Assembly: GCA_964551955.1 (NCBI GenBank)
Contig: CAZKFE010000001.1
Span: 1-37,546 of the forward strand
From: an uncultured Candidatus Actinomarina sp.
GTDB taxonomy: Bacteria; Actinomycetota; Acidimicrobiia; Actinomarinales; Actinomarinaceae
Length of the DNA: 37,546 nucleotides
Direction of reading: 5' to 3'
Below are positions 33,857 through 37,546 of this stretch, piece by piece. The notes beneath the pieces are model-generated. The model made no database searches, was not told where the DNA came from, and saw nothing but the letters and a program-made list of their open reading frames with translations. The position numbers and the translations under genes were made by a program. Within the stretch, counting starts at the first letter, position 1. Each line of letters begins with the position of its first letter.

Positions 33857-34459
33857 TCAATCATACCTAGTAGGTACAAGAGTTGTTACAAAATGAGTGT
33901 AGGAGCCTGTTTCAATATTAGACCCTAGTGAATCAACTATTTTCGCTCTAACAACTTCCATTATGTTGTATACAAAGTAAAAATTTTTTGGCATTATGTC
34001 TACAGCTTGTGCTCGAAAGAAACCAGTACAGCTTATCTTCCACTGAGTATTCTTAATCTCAGAAGGGGTGAGCCTAAAATGAAGCTCTCTACAACACTTA
34101 GCCTCGTCAGTGTCATCATGGCTCCACCAATTATTATTCATCATTATTACAGCTCGCTTGGTGTTTGGAAAACTTGATAATGATTCAACTACATTATCTA
34201 TTTTCATATTCATCTCAGTTGAATAATCTCCTTGTGACCCTCCACGATATTCTGTTTCAAATAGTTCCTTCTCCTTTTTGGAAACCTCCATACCACAATT
34301 TTTTTTTGCATAATACTTTAATGCGTGCTCATCAAAGAGTTCTGTCTCAATTAAAGCATTTTCTTCTGTAAAAGAATCTATTGCTCCAACGAAATCAAAA
34401 ATCGGTGCTTGTTCTAATGCATCATTAAACATATCTTTGGCAGATGTATATCTTTTCAT
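33857..34459 (-). CDS. short thymidylate-synthase-fold protein (ThyA-like core, divergent N-terminus)
   Basis: 200 aa, and the only TGA stop in the window. Compared with the ThyA blocks: TKRAVIMMNNNW vs SRRIIVSAWN, AKCCRELHF vs APCHAFFQF (catalytic Cys), ISCTGFFRAQAVDIMPKNF vs LSCQLYQRSCDVFLGLPFN, and GSYTHFV vs GDTHLY. It lacks the N-terminal RTGTG phosphate-binding box. Confidence 0.5.
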   Translation of the reverse strand: MKRYTSAKDMFNDALEQAPIFDFVGAIDSFTEENALIETELFDEHALKYYAKKNCGMEVSKKEKELFETEYRGGSQGDYSTEMNMKIDNVVESLSSFPNTKRAVIMMNNNWWSHDDTDEAKCCRELHFRLTPSEIKNTQWKISCTGFFRAQAVDIMPKNFYFVYNIMEVVRAKIVDSLGSNIETGSYTHFVTTLVPTRYD

Positions 34460-34462
34460 TTT

Positions 34463-35410
34463 TTAAGATGCCACCCTTTTAGTAATTAAATCTATAACTT
34501 TCTGCACGTTAACTTCAATACAGATATTGACATCTCTTCTTTTTTCCCAAGGATTGTTATTTGTTTTATCCATACCGGTTCCCATCCATGTTTTTCCCCT
34601 ACTTATTCCAAGAGTCTCAACAACGATTGGATACTGTATAGTTTCAAATAAAGTTTTATCAATAAGATATGCTATTGCTGAGGAATCATGGGTAGGCATT
34701 CCTTCTTTACTAAAAAATTCTGTTAAAAAGTCTACGTAGAAAGGAAAGATTTTTTTTAAATGATTAGATTGGGGACTGCCAAAGTTTACAATCTTATCTA
34801 TGTGTTTCTTGTCCATAAAAACTTGATTGGTAACATCTAAGCCCACCATTGATATTTCACAATCCGCAGAAAATACAATATCTGCTGCTTCTGGATCATT
34901 TCTTATATTTGCTTCTGCCGAAGGGCTGGCATTACCTTGAGATAATGCATTGCCCCCCATTAGTATTATTTCTTTAATGTCTTTTGCTATCTCAGGATTC
35001 TTTATTAGAAGCGCAGCAATATTAGTCAGTGGGCCTATAGGTACTAAAATTACCTCTCCAGGGTTTTCCTGTATTGTCTTCTCTAAAAAATCTACAGCTG
35101 AACCTGTTGCGGCTTTAATACTAGGAGCTTTAAGGTTTGTATTCCCCTGACCATCGTGGCCATGAACAAACTCTCCTTTTCCTGTATATTCACTCTCTAA
35201 TGGTTTATTTGCACCTGCATAAACTGGTATGTCCGTTCTTGACGCAATTTCTAAAATTCTCAATGCATTTATAGTTCCTTGATCTGTAGATGTATTTCCA
35301 TAAACTGTAGTTAATCCAAGAAGATCAACCTCAGGAGAATTCAAAGCAAAAAAAATTGCCATGGTATCGTCTATCCCGGGATCTGTGTCTATAATAATTT
35401 TTTGAGTCAT
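34463..35410 (-). CDS. nucleoside hydrolase (inosine/uridine-preferring, IUNH family)
   Basis: N-terminal aspartate cluster IIIDTDPGIDDTMAI, then PIGPLTNIA and GGNA. I prefer the ATG at 35410 (MTQKIIIDTDPG), which gives the usual short N-terminus. The track start at 35449 adds 13 non-conserved residues. Confidence 0.88.
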   Translation of the reverse strand: MTQKIIIDTDPGIDDTMAIFFALNSPEVDLLGLTTVYGNTSTDQGTINALRILEIASRTDIPVYAGANKPLESEYTGKGEFVHGHDGQGNTNLKAPSIKAATGSAVDFLEKTIQENPGEVILVPIGPLTNIAALLIKNPEIAKDIKEIILMGGNALSQGNASPSAEANIRNDPEAADIVFSADCEISMVGLDVTNQVFMDKKHIDKIVNFGSPQSNHLKKIFPFYVDFLTEFFSKEGMPTHDSSAIAYLIDKTLFETIQYPIVVETLGISRGKTWMGTGMDKTNNNPWEKRRDVNICIEVNVQKVIDLITKRVAS

Positions 35411-35412
35411 AA

Positions 35413-35514
35413 TTACCCAGCTTGAATGAAGGCCTTTGTTAACTGCCATACTAAGACAAATATAATCACAGCAGTTCTTTTAGAAACCTTACGACCTTTT
35501 AACCAATCCATCAT
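35413..35514 (-). CDS. possible 33-aa single-helix micro-protein
   Basis: ATGATG start at 35514, translation MMDWLKGRKVSKRTAVIIFVLVWQLTKAFIQAG, TAA at 35413-35415, two nt before the preferred nucleoside hydrolase ATG. It is below the ORF-track cutoff and could be a chance ORF. Confidence 0.25.
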   Translation of the reverse strand: MMDWLKGRKVSKRTAVIIFVLVWQLTKAFIQAG

Positions 35515-35548
35515 TATTAATTAAACCATATTTGTTAAATGATTTTCC

Positions 35549-35577
35549 CCTGATTACTTAATTTATCAGGTTTTTTT
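35549..35577 (+). terminator. hairpin plus T7 tract (terminator-like on the + strand)
   Basis: CCTGAT (35549-35554) pairs with ATCAGG (35565-35570) across a 10-nt loop, then TTTTTTT (35571-35577). The loop contains the stop codon of the minus-strand peptidase gene. No + strand gene upstream explains it. Confidence 0.2.
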
Positions 35578-37456
35578 GTAATAAAAATGACTCATCATTC
35601 CAAGCTCTTCCCAAAAATTCTTCAACAAGAGCACTAGCTGGCTTTGTGCCCCCAGGTTTTAATATCTTTTCTTTATAATCAACTCCAACTTTATTAGAAA
35701 GAATTCCTTCTTTTTCAAACCTACTAAACAAGTCATCACCAATTATTTCTGCCCAAAGATATCCATAATAAGCAGCGTCATAACCACCCAGTAAATGTCC
35801 GAATGCACCCAAATGATTTGTATCATCAGGGTAATCAATAGTTGTAACAGATTGTGACTGTTTTTCAATTTTAAGTAATGAGTCGCTAAAATTTTCTCCG
35901 TGTAAATGCTGGTCAGCTAATCCAAATGAAACCTGTCTTAAAATTAGAAGACTTACTCCAATATTTTTGGATTCATTTAGTTTTTTACATATACTTTCAT
36001 CAAGTGCTTTTCCAGTATCAATATGTTTTGAAAATCTTTTAAGACACTCACTCTTCCAAACCCAGTGTTCCATTATTTGGCTTGGTGCTTCAACAAAATC
36101 CCATTCAACATTCGCACCAACAAATCGTGCAAACTTTGCTTTACCTATTCCGTTATGAAGTACGTGTCCAAATTCATGAAAAAGTGTTTCAACCTCATCA
36201 AATGTCATTAATCCATCTCCAGAACTTGGATTTGGAAAATTTGCAACCATAGAACAGACAGGAAGCTCCTCGCCGTCTTTGCTGCCAGATGAAATATCAA
36301 ATACCGCAGCGTGAGTAAACTTACCCTTCCTTGGGTGAAGATCAAGATAAAAATATGCAAGCTTTTTACCACTTTTCTCTGATATTGACCAAAGTTCTAC
36401 ATCCTCATACCATGCAGTTTTCGATTCTTCTTCTTTTATTTCAATATCAAAAACTTCTTCACAAATAGAGAACATTTCTTTTTTAACATCATGTATAAAA
36501 AAATATTTTTTTATTTCACTACCATCAACATTGCTTTCTTTATTTCTTTTGTTTGTAATAAAATATCTTATATCCCATGGAGCTATCTCTGAAACCTCTA
36601 TATCATCAATCGCCAATTCTTCTTTTTCTGTAGCTGCAGCCTCTTGTAGTTTTGGAATTAAATTTATGTACATTTCATCAACATTTTTGGGTGTCTTAGC
36701 CATTCTGTGTTGTAATCTGTACTCAGCCCATGTTCTAAATCCAAAAAGTTTTGCTTTTTGATTTCTTAATAAAACAGCTTCTTCAAGAATTGGACTATTT
36801 TCATTAACAGCTCTATTGTTAAATGCTTTCCAGACTTTCTTTCTTGATTCACGTATTTTACAATTTTCCAATACAGCATTTACATCTGGATATGCCATAG
36901 TGACTACAAACTTGTTTTCTTTTTTCTTTAAATTATTTAATTCTCCTGTGCTGAGTCCATCTAGCTCTGAAGAGTCAAAGATTGTTTCTGTTTTATCATC
37001 CGCAATATTTTTTGAAAAAGCAATTTCTAGATCTATTAGTTTTTTTTCAATCTCAATTAATTTAATTTTTTGTTCATCCTGTAGCTCATGGCCTGCATCT
37101 ATAAAGTCTCTTTCAAGGTCTTTAAAATATTTAAGTGACTCTCCGTCTAAGGAAGTATGGTCTATTTCTTGAAACTTCTTATATAGCTCTATATCTGTAG
37201 TCGTTTCAAGAACATAATTTTCAATTATTGATTCAGCTTCATTTGCAAAATTTCTAATTTCTTCATCTTGGTGTACATCTCCCATGAAAGTTACTCTTCC
37301 AGACAAATCTGAAATTTGTCTTTCAAACAAATCAAAAGAGTCCAGATCTGCATCTTCACTTTGTTTTATTTCTGAGACTAAGTTTTTACTGATCTTAATG
37401 GTTTTATCAAGGTCTTTTTTCAAACTTTCTTTTGTTATCTTTGAATAATTAAACAT
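35558..37456 (-). CDS. M3 family zinc metallopeptidase (thimet oligopeptidase / oligopeptidase A / Dcp-like)
   Basis: HEFGHVLH zinc motif, a downstream VEAPSQIMEHW glutamate box, and GGYDAAYYGYLW near the C-terminus. ORF of 632 aa. Confidence 0.9.
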   Translation of the reverse strand: MFNYSKITKESLKKDLDKTIKISKNLVSEIKQSEDADLDSFDLFERQISDLSGRVTFMGDVHQDEEIRNFANEAESIIENYVLETTTDIELYKKFQEIDHTSLDGESLKYFKDLERDFIDAGHELQDEQKIKLIEIEKKLIDLEIAFSKNIADDKTETIFDSSELDGLSTGELNNLKKKENKFVVTMAYPDVNAVLENCKIRESRKKVWKAFNNRAVNENSPILEEAVLLRNQKAKLFGFRTWAEYRLQHRMAKTPKNVDEMYINLIPKLQEAAATEKEELAIDDIEVSEIAPWDIRYFITNKRNKESNVDGSEIKKYFFIHDVKKEMFSICEEVFDIEIKEEESKTAWYEDVELWSISEKSGKKLAYFYLDLHPRKGKFTHAAVFDISSGSKDGEELPVCSMVANFPNPSSGDGLMTFDEVETLFHEFGHVLHNGIGKAKFARFVGANVEWDFVEAPSQIMEHWVWKSECLKRFSKHIDTGKALDESICKKLNESKNIGVSLLILRQVSFGLADQHLHGENFSDSLLKIEKQSQSVTTIDYPDDTNHLGAFGHLLGGYDAAYYGYLWAEIIGDDLFSRFEKEGILSNKVGVDYKEKILKPGGTKPASALVEEFLGRAWNDESFLLQKNLIN

Positions 37457-37471
37457 ATTTATTATTTTAAA

Positions 37472-37546
37472 CTACTCATTTTTATTTGCTTTTTTTATAT
37501 TTAACCAGTTTGCTAGAACAATTAATAAGGAACCAACATATATATA
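37472..37546 (-). CDS. 3' end of a gene entering from the right window edge (hydrophobic C-terminus)
   Basis: The minus-strand frame is open from the window edge: YIYVGSLLIVLANWLNIKKANKNE then TAG (37472-37474), 15 nt upstream of the peptidase ATG. Only 24 codons are visible. Confidence 0.3.
   Translation of the reverse strand, partial: YIYVGSLLIVLANWLNIKKANKNE

Noticed and set aside
977-36761. All other 60-90-aa track ORFs nested in or antisense to larger genes: 977-1174, 1655-1867, 2470-2655, 4918-5130, 6051-6323, 7735-7947, 7790-7972, 18794-18979, 19307-19534, 24077-24280, 30164-30346, 33554-33790, 34165-34371, 34527-34739, 34950-35150, 35967-36158, 36531-36761
   Set aside because: Each overlaps a long ORF that has recognisable family motifs. 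None has motifs of its own. Long stop-free antisense stretches are expected in AT-rich coding DNA.
36816-37172. 118-aa ORF on the + strand
   Set aside because: It is antisense to the M3 peptidase gene. The product is Ser/Phe-rich and low-complexity, and no motif is present. I treat it as a shadow ORF.
1-37546. Search for tRNA, rRNA, CRISPR arrays, IS elements, integrases, flanking direct repeats, and defence or toxin-antitoxin modules
   Set aside because: Intergenic spacers are all 136 nt or shorter and show no cloverleaf-like or repeat-spacer structure. No ORF has nuclease, recombinase, ATPase-defence or toxin motifs that I could recognise. I scanned by eye only, so short or degenerate elements could have been missed.

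Overview
This is a very AT-rich, tightly packed prokaryotic window using the standard genetic code. Stops are almost all TAA or TAG, with one TGA. I recognised no rRNA, tRNA, CRISPR array, transposase or integrase.

Flanks: both sides look like housekeeping genes. The left flank (1-5053) holds a YHYH-domain protein truncated at the left edge, an LLM oxidoreductase, a CPBP intramembrane protease, a beta-lactamase-family serine hydrolase and a SHOCT-TM2 protein. The right flank (33857-37546) holds a short thymidylate-synthase-fold protein, a nucleoside hydrolase, an M3 oligopeptidase and the stub of one more gene.

Island: the flanks bracket a roughly 28.7 kb, visibly more AT-rich cell-surface glycan island (5087-33744) with 27 genes in 11 alternating-strand units. 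It contains:
- 11 glycosyltransferases (six GT-B/GT4-like, two GT2, one GT8, one GT-C, one exostosin/GT10-like)
- a canonical gmd/fcl pair plus one divergent paralogue of each
- a translationally coupled cupin + Per-like aminotransferase + methyltransferase cassette
- up to four methyltransferase-fold proteins
- two Wzy_C-type (O-antigen ligase/polymerase-like) membrane proteins
- a fused TMD-NBD ABC exporter and a flippase-like membrane protein
- an unusual fusion of a polytopic membrane domain to a glucose/sorbosone-dehydrogenase-like beta-propeller

No Wzx, Wzz, Wzm/Wzt or initiating phosphoglycosyltransferase is visible.

Best candidates for something undescribed:
1. The membrane-anchored beta-propeller (10252-12165).
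2. The GDP-sugar cupin/aminotransferase cassette (7055-10245), a possible GDP-linked 3,4-ketoisomerase route.
3. The non-canonical assembly and export gene set of the island as a whole.
4. The short thymidylate-synthase-fold protein next to the nucleoside hydrolase (33857-35514).

Limits: all family calls are by-eye motif recognition and none was verified by a database search. I cannot decide from this window whether the host is a bacterium or an archaeon.
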